DNA of 64,000 bases from Ruminococcus sp. GTDB lineage: Bacteria; Bacillota; Clostridia; Lachnospirales; Lachnospiraceae. The stretch covers positions 2,243 through 66,242 of the forward strand of contig JBMNRA010000003.1 in NCBI GenBank assembly GCA_050944415.1, written 5' to 3'. The number at the start of each line of letters is the position of its first letter. Within the stretch, counting starts at the first letter, position 1. The position numbers and the translations under genes were made by a program. The notes below the pieces were generated by a model, which did no database searches, was not told where the DNA came from, and saw only the letters and a list, made by a program, of their open reading frames with translations. Shown piece after piece: positions 36,412 to 45,667 of the stretch.

Positions 36412-38072
36412 CCCTCCAGTTCACTGTAGTAATACTCCGGCACTGTGCGTATCTCCAGTCCCTTCTCCTCAATTAAAGCCTCCTGGGCGGCCGACAGCAG
36501 AATATCACATCCCAGATAGACCACCCGGCAGGTGCTGGGGCATTGCTCCCATGTCAGTTTATGATCCGCTTCCTCCTGATCCGTAAGAAGCAGTACCTGC
36601 TTATTTCTTTCCAGATACTGTCCCCATTCCAGCTGAATCAGTTCCTGTATGTGCTCACACAGCTCATCGGCATATTCGTAATACATTCTGCCCTCTGTCT
36701 GCAGATAATTCACTTTAAGATAGGACAATGAACCCCGGTACTCCTCCCGCTCCATCACCCGTTTCAGCCGCTCATAGGCAATTTCCCTGCAGACGCCTCC
36801 CTGATTGTCAGTACAGAGGATAAACTTCCTGTTTCCGCCGTCAGCTTTATTCTGTTTCATTACCGCATGACCGGTGGTTCCTGAACCCGCAAAAAAGTCC
36901 AGAACGGTAATATCTTTATCCCGGTTAATCATATTGATCAGAAAAATATAAAGAGATGTGGGCTTGGGATAATCAAAGGGCGGAAGATCAAGAGCTCTTA
37001 ATTCCTTTTCCGCCTCCTCATTGGTTCCCGCACCCAGCTCCCCGTTCAGCAGGTTCTGAGGCGTTTTATGAACCATTTTCCCCGTTCTCTGATAACGGAT
37101 GGAGAATTGTTTGGATTTGATCAGAAAGTACGTTCCCTCCTCAATCTCTCTGTCCAGTGTTTCCTGTATCCATTTGTATTCCCCTGTTGCCACCAGTGGA
37201 GTTATGTTAACACCATCTTTTACCTTCACCGGCTGCTCCAGCTGAATTTTCCTGCTGTCATCCGGCCTGTAAATGCCGTCCTTAATCCGAAACCGTACGC
37301 TCCCCGGCGGAAAAGTCAGAGTTTTTCTTCCATTTCCCTTATTCAGAAGGGGCGCATCGTCACCATCTATACTTCCCTGCGAAAACTGATGGGAGGAATC
37401 CAGAACTTTCCCATAACAGAGAATATACTCCAGTTTCTTCCTTACTTTTTTGGAAAGCGCCGGCGCTGTGGATGTTTTCTCCCACATATACATGCCCACA
37501 AAATTCTGCTCACGGAATACTTCGTCACAGATCATTTTCAATGTGGTCAGCTCATTGTCATCAATATTGATGAAAATATAACCTTCCGGCTTCAGCAGCT
37601 TTCTGGCCAGCCGCAGACGGGAATACATGAAGGAAGCCCATTTGCTGTGATGAAAGGTATCATTGGCATCCACATAATCATCGTCATAGATAAAATCATT
37701 CTTTCCCCGGTTATAAGGAGGATCGATGATGCACAGATCAATTTTTTCCCTGTGAGTCTTCAAAAGCAGCTGCAGAGAAGCCAGATTATCCCCTTCAATC
37801 AGATAGTTGCAGGGTCCTTCTCCTTCAATGCGCAGTTCTTTTTCTTCCTCAAGCCAGGGCAGATGAGTATCCAGAAGATCCTGTATTTTTTCCCTGTGTT
37901 TTTCAAAAACCAGGCCGAATTTTTTCCCCTTCAGCGTTTTTTCAATATCGTTTAAAAAGGACAGGAGCTCTCCGGTTTTCTCTCCCTCATCCTCCGACGC
38001 AATATGTTTTCTCAGATATTCCAGCATTCTCAACTGCTGTTCTCTTTTCTCTCTGGAAATATTGACGGACAT
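36408..38072 (-). CDS. mod: Type III DNA adenine methyltransferase (Mod, beta class)
   Basis: IEGDNL, DPPY catalytic motif, YPKP, LDFFAGSGTT; 4-nt overlap with res. Confidence 0.88.
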   Translation of the reverse strand: MSVNISREKREQQLRMLEYLRKHIASEDEGEKTGELLSFLNDIEKTLKGKKFGLVFEKHREKIQDLLDTHLPWLEEEKELRIEGEGPCNYLIEGDNLASLQLLLKTHREKIDLCIIDPPYNRGKNDFIYDDDYVDANDTFHHSKWASFMYSRLRLARKLLKPEGYIFINIDDNELTTLKMICDEVFREQNFVGMYMWEKTSTAPALSKKVRKKLEYILCYGKVLDSSHQFSQGSIDGDDAPLLNKGNGRKTLTFPPGSVRFRIKDGIYRPDDSRKIQLEQPVKVKDGVNITPLVATGEYKWIQETLDREIEEGTYFLIKSKQFSIRYQRTGKMVHKTPQNLLNGELGAGTNEEAEKELRALDLPPFDYPKPTSLYIFLINMINRDKDITVLDFFAGSGTTGHAVMKQNKADGGNRKFILCTDNQGGVCREIAYERLKRVMEREEYRGSLSYLKVNYLQTEGRMYYEYADELCEHIQELIQLEWGQYLERNKQVLLLTDQEEADHKLTWEQCPSTCRVVYLGCDILLSAAQEALIEEKGLEIRTVPEYYYSELEG

Positions 38073-38073
38073 A

Positions 38074-38676
38074 TCAGTCCCCCTTTATCTGTTCATATTC
38101 TGCCACTGCTTCATTTACTTCCTGCTCGCAGGAACGCATGGCCATAATGGTTTTTTCAAAAAGCTCATTTAATTCCCAGCCCAGCATCTGAGCACCTTTT
38201 TCAATGACTTCGCGGGAACATCCGGCAGCAAACCGCTTATCCTTGAACTTTTTCTTCAGACTTTTCACTTCCATGTCCATCACGCTTCTGGAAGGCCGCA
38301 TAAGTGCCGCCGCACCGATAAGTCCCGTCAGTTCATCCGCTGCAAAAAGAACCTTTTCCATCAGATGTTCCGGTTCCACATCCGAACACAGCCCAAACCC
38401 ATGGGAGCAAACGGAACGAATCATGTCCTCGCCCACACCGCCTTCTCTTAACAATTCCGGCGCCTTCTGGCAATGCTGATTGGGATACAACTCAAAATCT
38501 ATGTCATGGAGCAGGCCGGTAATTCCCCAGTAGTCCTCCTCCTGTTCAAACCCCAGTTCTTTTGCGTACCAGCGCATCACGCCTTCCACTGTCAGTCCGT
38601 GCCGGATATGAAAGCTGTCCTTATTATATTTTTTCAAAAGTTCCAGTGCCTGATCTCTTGTAATCTTCGATTTCAC
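38074..38676 (-). CDS. HD(IG)-family hydrolase
   Basis: H...GLLHDIDF...H...SH...DELTG. Confidence 0.8.
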   Translation of the reverse strand: MKSKITRDQALELLKKYNKDSFHIRHGLTVEGVMRWYAKELGFEQEEDYWGITGLLHDIDFELYPNQHCQKAPELLREGGVGEDMIRSVCSHGFGLCSDVEPEHLMEKVLFAADELTGLIGAAALMRPSRSVMDMEVKSLKKKFKDKRFAAGCSREVIEKGAQMLGWELNELFEKTIMAMRSCEQEVNEAVAEYEQIKGD

Positions 38677-38690
38677 TTTATTTTTTCCTC

Positions 38691-39794
38691 CTATATAACC
38701 CGCAGCAGATTTAAATCCTGATCCACAAGAAGCAGATCGGCTCTTTTCCCTGGCGAAACAGAACCCACCTTCTCAAAAATACCGATGCTTTTTGCCGGGT
38801 TTGCCGTAGCTGCCAGTATGGCATCTTCTTCCGGGACTCCAAACGCTATGGTACGTTTCATACATTCAAACAAATTGACAGCGGAACCGGCGATGGTTCC
38901 GTCCGAAAGAACCGCTTTTCCCTCCTGTACCGTAACCTTCTGACCACCCAGACGATAAGTCCCATCCTTCATGCCTGCCGCCATCATGGAATCACTGATC
39001 AGAACCACACGTTCTCTTCCGAACATAGCAAAAGTGCTGCGCACCACAGAAGGATGCACATGAATGCCGTCTCCGATCAGCTCAACCCGCACATGCGTAC
39101 TGTCAAAAGCCGCTCCAACAAGTCCCGGTTTTCTATGCCCGAAGGGAGCCATGGCATTATAGAGATGAGTAACATGGGAAACCCCATGTTCAAAAGCCAT
39201 TTTCGCCCGGTCATAATCCGCATTTGTATGGCCCAGGGAAATTACCACCTCGTCTTTTAACTCCTTCAGAAATCTTTCCGCACTTTTCCGCTCAGGAGCC
39301 ACCGTCACCAGACGGATTTTTCCTCCGCTGGCCTCATTACATGCCCGAAAAAAATCAACATCCGGCAAAATGATATCTTCTTCCCGGTGAGCTCCCCTTC
39401 TGAACGGAGACAGAAAGGGGCCTTCCATATTGATTCCCACAACAGAGGCCTGATCCTCTGATTCTTCCAGTTCTCTCACAGAAGCCATAATCTCCAGCAG
39501 CTTCTTCCGCGAAAACGTCATGGATGTGGGACAGTAGGAAGTGACGCCGTAACGCTTCTGGTAGCGGAGTATTTTTTTTAATCCCTCCGGATCTCCGTCT
39601 GAAAAATCAGCGCCCAGGGCGCCATGACTGTGTATGTCGATCAGACCCGGAATTACTTTCAGCCCTGTCCCGTCAATTTCCTGAAGATCTGTCACATCTC
39701 TTCGTGAACGGACGATTCTGTGATTTTCAATATAAATGTCCTGTCTCCGATATTTTCCTTCTTCCTGAAATACCAGACCGTTTCTGATAATCAC
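38691..39794 (-). CDS. nagA: N-acetylglucosamine-6-phosphate deacetylase
   Basis: PGLIDIHSHG, EGPF, LGHT, THLYNAM, DGIHVHP, TIAGS. Confidence 0.93.
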   Translation of the reverse strand: MIIRNGLVFQEEGKYRRQDIYIENHRIVRSRRDVTDLQEIDGTGLKVIPGLIDIHSHGALGADFSDGDPEGLKKILRYQKRYGVTSYCPTSMTFSRKKLLEIMASVRELEESEDQASVVGINMEGPFLSPFRRGAHREEDIILPDVDFFRACNEASGGKIRLVTVAPERKSAERFLKELKDEVVISLGHTNADYDRAKMAFEHGVSHVTHLYNAMAPFGHRKPGLVGAAFDSTHVRVELIGDGIHVHPSVVRSTFAMFGRERVVLISDSMMAAGMKDGTYRLGGQKVTVQEGKAVLSDGTIAGSAVNLFECMKRTIAFGVPEEDAILAATANPAKSIGIFEKVGSVSPGKRADLLLVDQDLNLLRVI

Positions 39795-40008
39795 CGGTTT
39801 TCTCCTGTAAATCTCAAATAATTTTTACCGCATCCTTATTATACGGACTGAACCGAATCTTTTCAATACTGCCCGGCAGAAAACCTGAAAACACATATGG
39901 GGATATGATTTCATATCCCCATGTTCCAGACTGTACTGCAGCCGCTTTGCAGACAACTTCGTACTCTTATTCTGTTTCATACAGCCGTAAAGAGAACAGG
40001 CCTTCACT

Positions 40009-41181
40009 TCAGAATCCCATAACAGGCATAGGTTCCGGACGCGTAAAATCTGTTTCCATTTTTACAAATGTCTGATCCTTCGCTGAACGCAGAATGCCTT
40101 CCATAACCTCCAACGTATGAAGCGCCATCTCACCACTGGCTCTGTTTTTTCTTCTTTCCTGAATCGCCATAGCCATATCCACCAGACCGATTCCCCGGCT
40201 GTTAACGGCATGACTTATAGAATTGTGATCATGTTTTACTTCCACCTTTTTCCAGTCAGTATTGACCATCTCTTCCTGACGGGGCATGGAAAGCCACCGG
40301 CAATTTTCCTGTGTACGCATCAGCACATCGCCGCCAAAAAGATTGGGACCGCTGCAAGGATCCGGCTCCAGCATACAGAGGGTGCCTTTCGTTCCGTAAA
40401 GCTCCATCCTTGGCATTTCAGAATCCCACACATCGAAACTGACACACAGGCTGACAATTGCTCCCTGTTTAAATTTCAGATTTGCAATAATATGTGTATA
40501 CACATCAGGATGCACCTGTATTTCCTGACCTTTTCGCGGTTCACTGTGAATCATCCGCACTTTTTCCGCCTGAGTTCCCATGGCTGAAACAGATTCCACC
40601 GGACCCAGCAGCGACAGAAGCGCAGTAATATAGTATGGCCCCATATCCAGCAGCGGGCCGGCTCCCGGCTGATAATAAAATCCCGGATTGGGATGGAACC
40701 ATTCCCAGCCTTTGCATACCATAGATGCGGACGCACCTACGATATCACCCATCTGTCCTTCATCCAGCAGACGCCGGTAAGTCTGAAGTCTTCCCCCCAT
40801 AAAAGTATCGGGAGCGCATCCTACGTAAAGTCCTTTCTCTTTTGCCAGTGCAATGATCTCTTTCCCCTGTTCCAGAGTGGCTGCCAGAGCTTTTTCTGAA
40901 TATACGTGTTTTCCCGCCCGCAAAGCTGCCATATTGTAATAATAATGGGTTTCCGGATTGGTCAGATTTAATACGATATCTACTGCCGGATCAGCAATCA
41001 GCTCGTCACCGGATCCAAACGCTTTCTTAAATCCATGTTCCTTGGCCTTCCTCTGTGCTTTTTCCAGACTCCTGCATGCGCAGCCATACAATTCCACTAT
41101 ATCTGAATAATTCTTCAGGTTGTTCAGATACACAGTACTGATGTCGCCAACTCCAATTACCCCCACTTTAAATGTCTTCAT
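40009..41181 (-). CDS. Gfo/Idh/MocA oxidoreductase
   Basis: GVIGVGDIS Rossmann motif, KHVYSEK, GPLLDMGPY. Confidence 0.9.
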   Translation of the reverse strand: MKTFKVGVIGVGDISTVYLNNLKNYSDIVELYGCACRSLEKAQRKAKEHGFKKAFGSGDELIADPAVDIVLNLTNPETHYYYNMAALRAGKHVYSEKALAATLEQGKEIIALAKEKGLYVGCAPDTFMGGRLQTYRRLLDEGQMGDIVGASASMVCKGWEWFHPNPGFYYQPGAGPLLDMGPYYITALLSLLGPVESVSAMGTQAEKVRMIHSEPRKGQEIQVHPDVYTHIIANLKFKQGAIVSLCVSFDVWDSEMPRMELYGTKGTLCMLEPDPCSGPNLFGGDVLMRTQENCRWLSMPRQEEMVNTDWKKVEVKHDHNSISHAVNSRGIGLVDMAMAIQERRKNRASGEMALHTLEVMEGILRSAKDQTFVKMETDFTRPEPMPVMGF

Positions 41182-41289
41182 CTTACACCTCCTGGATATT
41201 TATCTGATTGTTAATTATAACACAGACTTTTTTTTAATACTTTCGCAAAATCGCTCATTATGATAAAATGATACAAGCATCAAAAAGTC

Positions 41290-41898
41290 ATGTATGATAT
41301 GCTGGGGAGGGGAGCTCTTTTTATGATCATTCCGGCTGTTATTATTCTGTTGCTGTGTCTGGCTGCATCATTTGTTAATCTCTATATTATTGTATCCGCC
41401 AAAAAAAGAATCCTGACTTGCGACAGTTTTGCCGCAAGTCAGGATTGCGATTATATTCTTATATTGGGAGCCGCCGTCTGGCCTGGCAATATTCCCTGCC
41501 CCATACTGGAGGACCGGCTTCTTACAGGAATATCTCTGTATAATCAAAATCCGGCTTCTCTCCTTCTTATGAGCGGAGACAGCCATTCCTCCGGATATAA
41601 CGAGGTTTCCGTAATGAAAGAATTTGCAGTCCGTCACGGTGTGCCCGAAAAAAATATACGGACGGATCCCGCAGGGTTTACCACTTTTGACAGCGCCCGG
41701 CGCGCCAGAGATATATTTCACGCCAAAAAAATGATCATTGTCACACAGAAATATCATATGTACCGGGCACTGTATATTTCCAGGAAACTGGGAATAGAAT
41801 CCTGGGGAGTCGTCTCTGACAGACGTCCCTATCGCAGAAGGTGCTACCGGGAATTCCGGGAAATTTTAGCCAGAATCAAATACTTTTTTCTGACCTGA
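41290..41898 (+). CDS. SanA/YdcF (DUF218) family protein
   Basis: N-terminal TM, ILGA, DRL, SGD, GFTTFDS, TQKYHMYRA, REILA; start may be 41323. Confidence 0.85.
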   Translation: MYDMLGRGALFMIIPAVIILLLCLAASFVNLYIIVSAKKRILTCDSFAASQDCDYILILGAAVWPGNIPCPILEDRLLTGISLYNQNPASLLLMSGDSHSSGYNEVSVMKEFAVRHGVPEKNIRTDPAGFTTFDSARRARDIFHAKKMIIVTQKYHMYRALYISRKLGIESWGVVSDRRPYRRRCYREFREILARIKYFFLT

Positions 41899-41907
41899 AC
41901 ATGTATC

Positions 41908-42393
41908 TTACTGGGCTTCCAGCTCCTTACGCATTACTTTTTCCAGCTCTACCATCTCTTTTACCAGATTAACTGCTCTTTCTTTTCCAAAGTCCTTCAG
42001 CACATTTTGATAGAATTCCTTCAAAATTTTCTCCTGATTCTCCAGACGCTTCTTTCCGCTCTCTGTAAGAATGATATAAGTACCAAATTCAGAATCCGGA
42101 TCATGTTTCCACTCAATAAGCGCCTGCTCTTCCAGTTTCCCAACCGTATGGGACAGTTTAGTAACAGGCACATTTAATGCTTCCGCCACTTCTTTCATAT
42201 AAATCCGGTTTCCATCTCCTTTTTCCAGAATCAGTGCGCTGATCTGCTCCATCGTCAGGTATTCGAAATTTGACATCTGCGTATAAAGTTTATCTGTCTC
42301 CAGATTAGACATGCCAAATCTTCCAAAAACCAGCATTTTCGCAATGGCTGTCACATCATTCGCTTCCAGAATCTTATTTAACGGCATAAGCAT
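41908..42393 (-). CDS. MarR-family regulator
   Basis: wHTH MKEVAEALNV...LEEQALIEW...ILTESG. Confidence 0.75.
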   Translation of the reverse strand: MLMPLNKILEANDVTAIAKMLVFGRFGMSNLETDKLYTQMSNFEYLTMEQISALILEKGDGNRIYMKEVAEALNVPVTKLSHTVGKLEEQALIEWKHDPDSEFGTYIILTESGKKRLENQEKILKEFYQNVLKDFGKERAVNLVKEMVELEKVMRKELEAQ

Positions 42394-42488
42394 TCCTCAC
42401 TTTCCCTGATATTTATGATAACTTAAAACTTGTGAATTAATTTACCACATTTTCAGGAAATCGTCAAGAAATAGACAATCTGTCCTTC

Positions 42489-42530
42489 TGTGACTGAGTC
42501 ACAGAAACGATTCTCCCGTTCTGCTATAAT
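42489..42530 (+). promoter_or_regulatory. trxA promoter with Crp/Fnr-type palindrome
   Basis: TGTGAC-TGA-GTCACA (42489-503) lies 21 nt upstream of TGcTATAAT. Confidence 0.55.
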
Positions 42531-42576
42531 ACAGTCATAAATTAAAAAAATCTAAGATATAGCAGGAGGAATCATT

Positions 42577-42888
42577 ATGGCAAAGAAAATAACAAACCAG
42601 AATTTTAATCAGGAAGTGTTACAGAGCAGTCAGCCCGTGTTGGTAGATTTTTATGCATCCTGGTGCGGACCCTGCAAGATGCTTTCTCCCGTCATCGACG
42701 AGCTGGCATCTGAAGCAGATGGCTACTCCGTCGGAAAAATAAACGTAGACGAGGAACCGGCACTTGCAGCTGAATTCAAAATCATGTCCGTACCCACCTT
42801 AATGGTATTTTCTAATGGAAAAGTATCTTCCGTTTCTTCCGGATATCGTCCGAAAGAACAGATTCTGGAAATGATCAAAAAAGCTTAA
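42577..42888 (+). CDS. trxA: Thioredoxin
   Basis: DFYASWCGPCK, SVPTL. Confidence 0.95.
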   Translation: MAKKITNQNFNQEVLQSSQPVLVDFYASWCGPCKMLSPVIDELASEADGYSVGKINVDEEPALAAEFKIMSVPTLMVFSNGKVSSVSSGYRPKEQILEMIKKA

Positions 42889-42891
42889 TCC

Positions 42892-44460
42892 TCAGGAAAG
42901 TATCTTTTTCATATCTTCTTCCGGTGTGGTAATAGGTGAGATGCCGTAATTTTCCACCAGATAATTCAGTACATTGGGAGAAATAAATGCCGGCAGTGTG
43001 GGGCCGAGGAAAATATTCTTAATTCCCAGATGCAGCAGCGTCAGCAGGATACAGACCGCTTTCTGTTCATACCATGACAGCACCATAGATAAGGGCAGCT
43101 CATTGATATCGCAGGAAAAGGCCTCCGCCAGCGCTGCTGCAATCCTTATGGCTCCATAAGCATCATTGCACTGCCCGATATCCATAATTCTTGGAAACGG
43201 TCCGATATTGCCCAGATTCAGATCATTAAACCGATATTTTCCACAGGCCAGGGTCAGCACAATGGAATCGTCCGGCGTCTGTTTCACAAACTCTGTATAG
43301 TAATTTCTCCCGGCTCTGGCGCCGTCACATCCTGCCACCAGGAAGAAATGTTTGACCGCCCCCGCTTTAACCGCTTCCACTACCTGATCTGCTGCAGACA
43401 GTACAGCCTGATGGCCAAATCCCGTCGTCACCTGACTGCCACCGTTCATCCCTTTAAAGTGCATATCCTGGTCATATCCTCCCAGTTCCAGGGCCTTTTC
43501 AATAACCGGTGTGAAATCTTTTTTCTCGTCAATATGTTCCATACCCGGCCATGCCACAACAGAGGTGGTATAAACCCGGTCAGCATAGGAATGTTTCACC
43601 GGCATCAGACAGTTAGTAGTAAAAAGTACGGGGGCAGGCAGATCTGCAAATTCTTTCTGCTGATTCTGCCATGCTGTTCCAAAATTTCCTTTCAAATGTG
43701 CATACTTTTTCAGTTCAGGATATGCATGCGCCGGCAGCATTTCTCCGTGAGTATAAATATTGATTCCTTTCCCTTCCGTCTGTTCCAGAAGAAGTTTCAA
43801 ATCTTCCAGATCATGTCCCGTAATTACAATAAAAGGACCCTTTTCCACTGTCAATGTCACTTCTGTGGGCTGAGGATTCCCAAAACTTTCTCTGTTGGCC
43901 CGATCCAGCAGCTCCATACATTTTAAATTCACCTTACCCGTTTCCAGAACCAGCGGAAGCAGCCCTTCCATACTGTTTTCATTTTTCAAAGCACTCAGCG
44001 CTTTATAAAAGAATCTGTTCACCTCTGTATCAGAATATCCCAGTACGCGAGCATGGTATCCATAAGCCGCCATTCCTTTTATTCCGAAAAGAAGCAGTGA
44101 TTTCAGCGAACGGATATCTTCATTATCATTCCAGATTTTCTGCATATCATAGTCATTTGCTTCTTTTTTTCCTGTAATCTGTTCTCCGGCCTTTCGAACT
44201 CTTCTGATTGTTTCACGGATTCTGCCGTCGTCAAAATTCACGTTGGTAAGTGTGGTAAAAAGTCCTTCCAGAACCAGCTCATCCGGTCTTGACTCTTCCG
44301 GCAGATTTTCCGCTGCCTCTCCCAGACTGATCAACGCGCCTGCAAGTTCATCCTGCAAATTCGCTGTCTCAGCCGTTTTTCCACATACCCCTGCCTTCCC
44401 CGTGCATCCGGTACATCCTGCTGTCTGTTCACATTGAAAACAAAACATATTCTGTCCCAT
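42892..44460 (-). CDS. hcp: Hybrid cluster protein (hydroxylamine/NO reductase)
   Basis: MFCFQCEQT..C...CGK, YTHGEMLPAH, TTNC, GCDG, GQCND, SWYEQKA. Confidence 0.95.
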   Translation of the reverse strand: MGQNMFCFQCEQTAGCTGCTGKAGVCGKTAETANLQDELAGALISLGEAAENLPEESRPDELVLEGLFTTLTNVNFDDGRIRETIRRVRKAGEQITGKKEANDYDMQKIWNDNEDIRSLKSLLLFGIKGMAAYGYHARVLGYSDTEVNRFFYKALSALKNENSMEGLLPLVLETGKVNLKCMELLDRANRESFGNPQPTEVTLTVEKGPFIVITGHDLEDLKLLLEQTEGKGINIYTHGEMLPAHAYPELKKYAHLKGNFGTAWQNQQKEFADLPAPVLFTTNCLMPVKHSYADRVYTTSVVAWPGMEHIDEKKDFTPVIEKALELGGYDQDMHFKGMNGGSQVTTGFGHQAVLSAADQVVEAVKAGAVKHFFLVAGCDGARAGRNYYTEFVKQTPDDSIVLTLACGKYRFNDLNLGNIGPFPRIMDIGQCNDAYGAIRIAAALAEAFSCDINELPLSMVLSWYEQKAVCILLTLLHLGIKNIFLGPTLPAFISPNVLNYLVENYGISPITTPEEDMKKILS

Positions 44461-44500
44461 TTTTTCACTCTCCTTTTTCGTTCATCTTCTTGATGCTTCT

Positions 44501-44543
44501 ACTATGGCATAAAAAAAAGAGCTTATCTGTTGCGCACGCAACA
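44501..44543 (-). promoter_or_regulatory. hcp promoter with Crp/Fnr (HcpR-type) box
   Basis: Palindrome TGTTGC-GCAC-GCAACA (44528-43) lies 21 nt upstream of TGcCATAGT. Confidence 0.6.
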
Positions 44544-44565
44544 TCGCAGCTCTTTTTTTACAAGA

Positions 44566-45240
44566 TTACAAAAGACGAAAAGTATTTCTGTCGTAATCCA
44601 ACACGCCATCCGCTTTCATACTGGAAAGTTCTCGTGACAAAGCGCTTCTGTCCGCACAGAGAAATTCTGCAAACTCCTGCCGTCCCATGGGAATTTCAAA
44701 ATAGTTGCTTCCATGGATCTGCGCCTGAAGAGACAGATAAGTTAATATCTTTTCTCTCAAGGTCTTTTTGGATATAACCTCTACCTTCGCCATCAGTTGA
44801 GCATTCTTATCCGCTATAAGCGTCACCATATTTTCAATCAGCCGGTGATGAAATACACAGGAGCTGCTGCAGGAACGCATGACGCGGTAAAAAGGAAGGA
44901 ACAACACTTTAAGTTTTGTCCCTGCCAGAAAAGTAACTGCCGAAGCCATGGAACTGCCGCATACAAAAGTTTCTCCAAAGGCCTCCCCTTTTCCCATACA
45001 GGCCAGGATGGTTTTGCCTCCCCACAAATCCTCCTGTACCATATGAACAGTCCCGTCCAGCACCATCCCCAGACATCTGACTTTCTCCCCCTGCAGTGAC
45101 AGAACTTCCCCTTTCTCATATGTGCGCACAAAACTCCCCAGGCAGTTCAGCATAGTCATAAAGTCTCTGTCGTCAATGCCCGCAAAAAGCGCCGACTTTC
45201 TGATTGCGTCTCTTTCCTTTTCCTTCATTCCCTCATTCAT
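44566..45240 (-). CDS. Crp/Fnr-family regulator (HcpR-like)
   Basis: cNMP-like domain (GEAFGE), C-terminal HTH (RQEFAEFLCADRSALSRELS); adjacent to hcp. Confidence 0.88.
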   Translation of the reverse strand: MNEGMKEKERDAIRKSALFAGIDDRDFMTMLNCLGSFVRTYEKGEVLSLQGEKVRCLGMVLDGTVHMVQEDLWGGKTILACMGKGEAFGETFVCGSSMASAVTFLAGTKLKVLFLPFYRVMRSCSSSCVFHHRLIENMVTLIADKNAQLMAKVEVISKKTLREKILTYLSLQAQIHGSNYFEIPMGRQEFAEFLCADRSALSRELSSMKADGVLDYDRNTFRLL

Positions 45241-45667
45241 CTTTTATCACCGCACTTTGCTTCTGCCAGTTCATAAGATCCTCTAAGGTTACCTCATCCA
45301 CGACACTGCTGACGGCAGCACCGATCTTTGCCCAGAGCAGGCGGGCAGCACACCCTTCCGCTCTGCTGCATTTCATCCCGGGATCTCCCACACATTCAAC
45401 CGGCGCCAGACTGCCCTCTGTCAACCGCAGAATCATACCGACTGTATATTCCGCCGGAGAACGCTGCAGCATGTAGCCCCCCATGGGACCGCGGATACTT
45501 CTCACAAAACCTGCCTTATTCAGTATCGAGACAATCTGCTCCAGATATTTTTCTGAAATCTCCTGTCTTTTGGCTATATCCTTCACCCGCACCGGCTCTC
45601 CTGTGTAATTAACGGCGATATCCAGCATAAGCCGTATCGCATATCTACCTTTTGTGGATATTTTCAT
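45233..45667 (-). CDS. Rrf2-family regulator (CymR/IscR-like)
   Basis: MKISTKGRYA, ISEKYLEQI, SIRGPMGGY; three Cys (C..C..C). Confidence 0.9.
   Translation of the reverse strand: MKISTKGRYAIRLMLDIAVNYTGEPVRVKDIAKRQEISEKYLEQIVSILNKAGFVRSIRGPMGGYMLQRSPAEYTVGMILRLTEGSLAPVECVGDPGMKCSRAEGCAARLLWAKIGAAVSSVVDEVTLEDLMNWQKQSAVIKDE

Noticed and set aside
36408-38072. Phase-variable mod (phasevarion)
   Set aside because: No simple-sequence repeat tract seen in the 5' coding or promoter region
39825-40007. 60-aa ORF between the oxidoreductase and nagA
   Set aside because: Overlaps hairpins (e.g. GGGGATATGA/TCATATCCCC) and the nagA promoter TTGAAA-17-TATAAT; no SD
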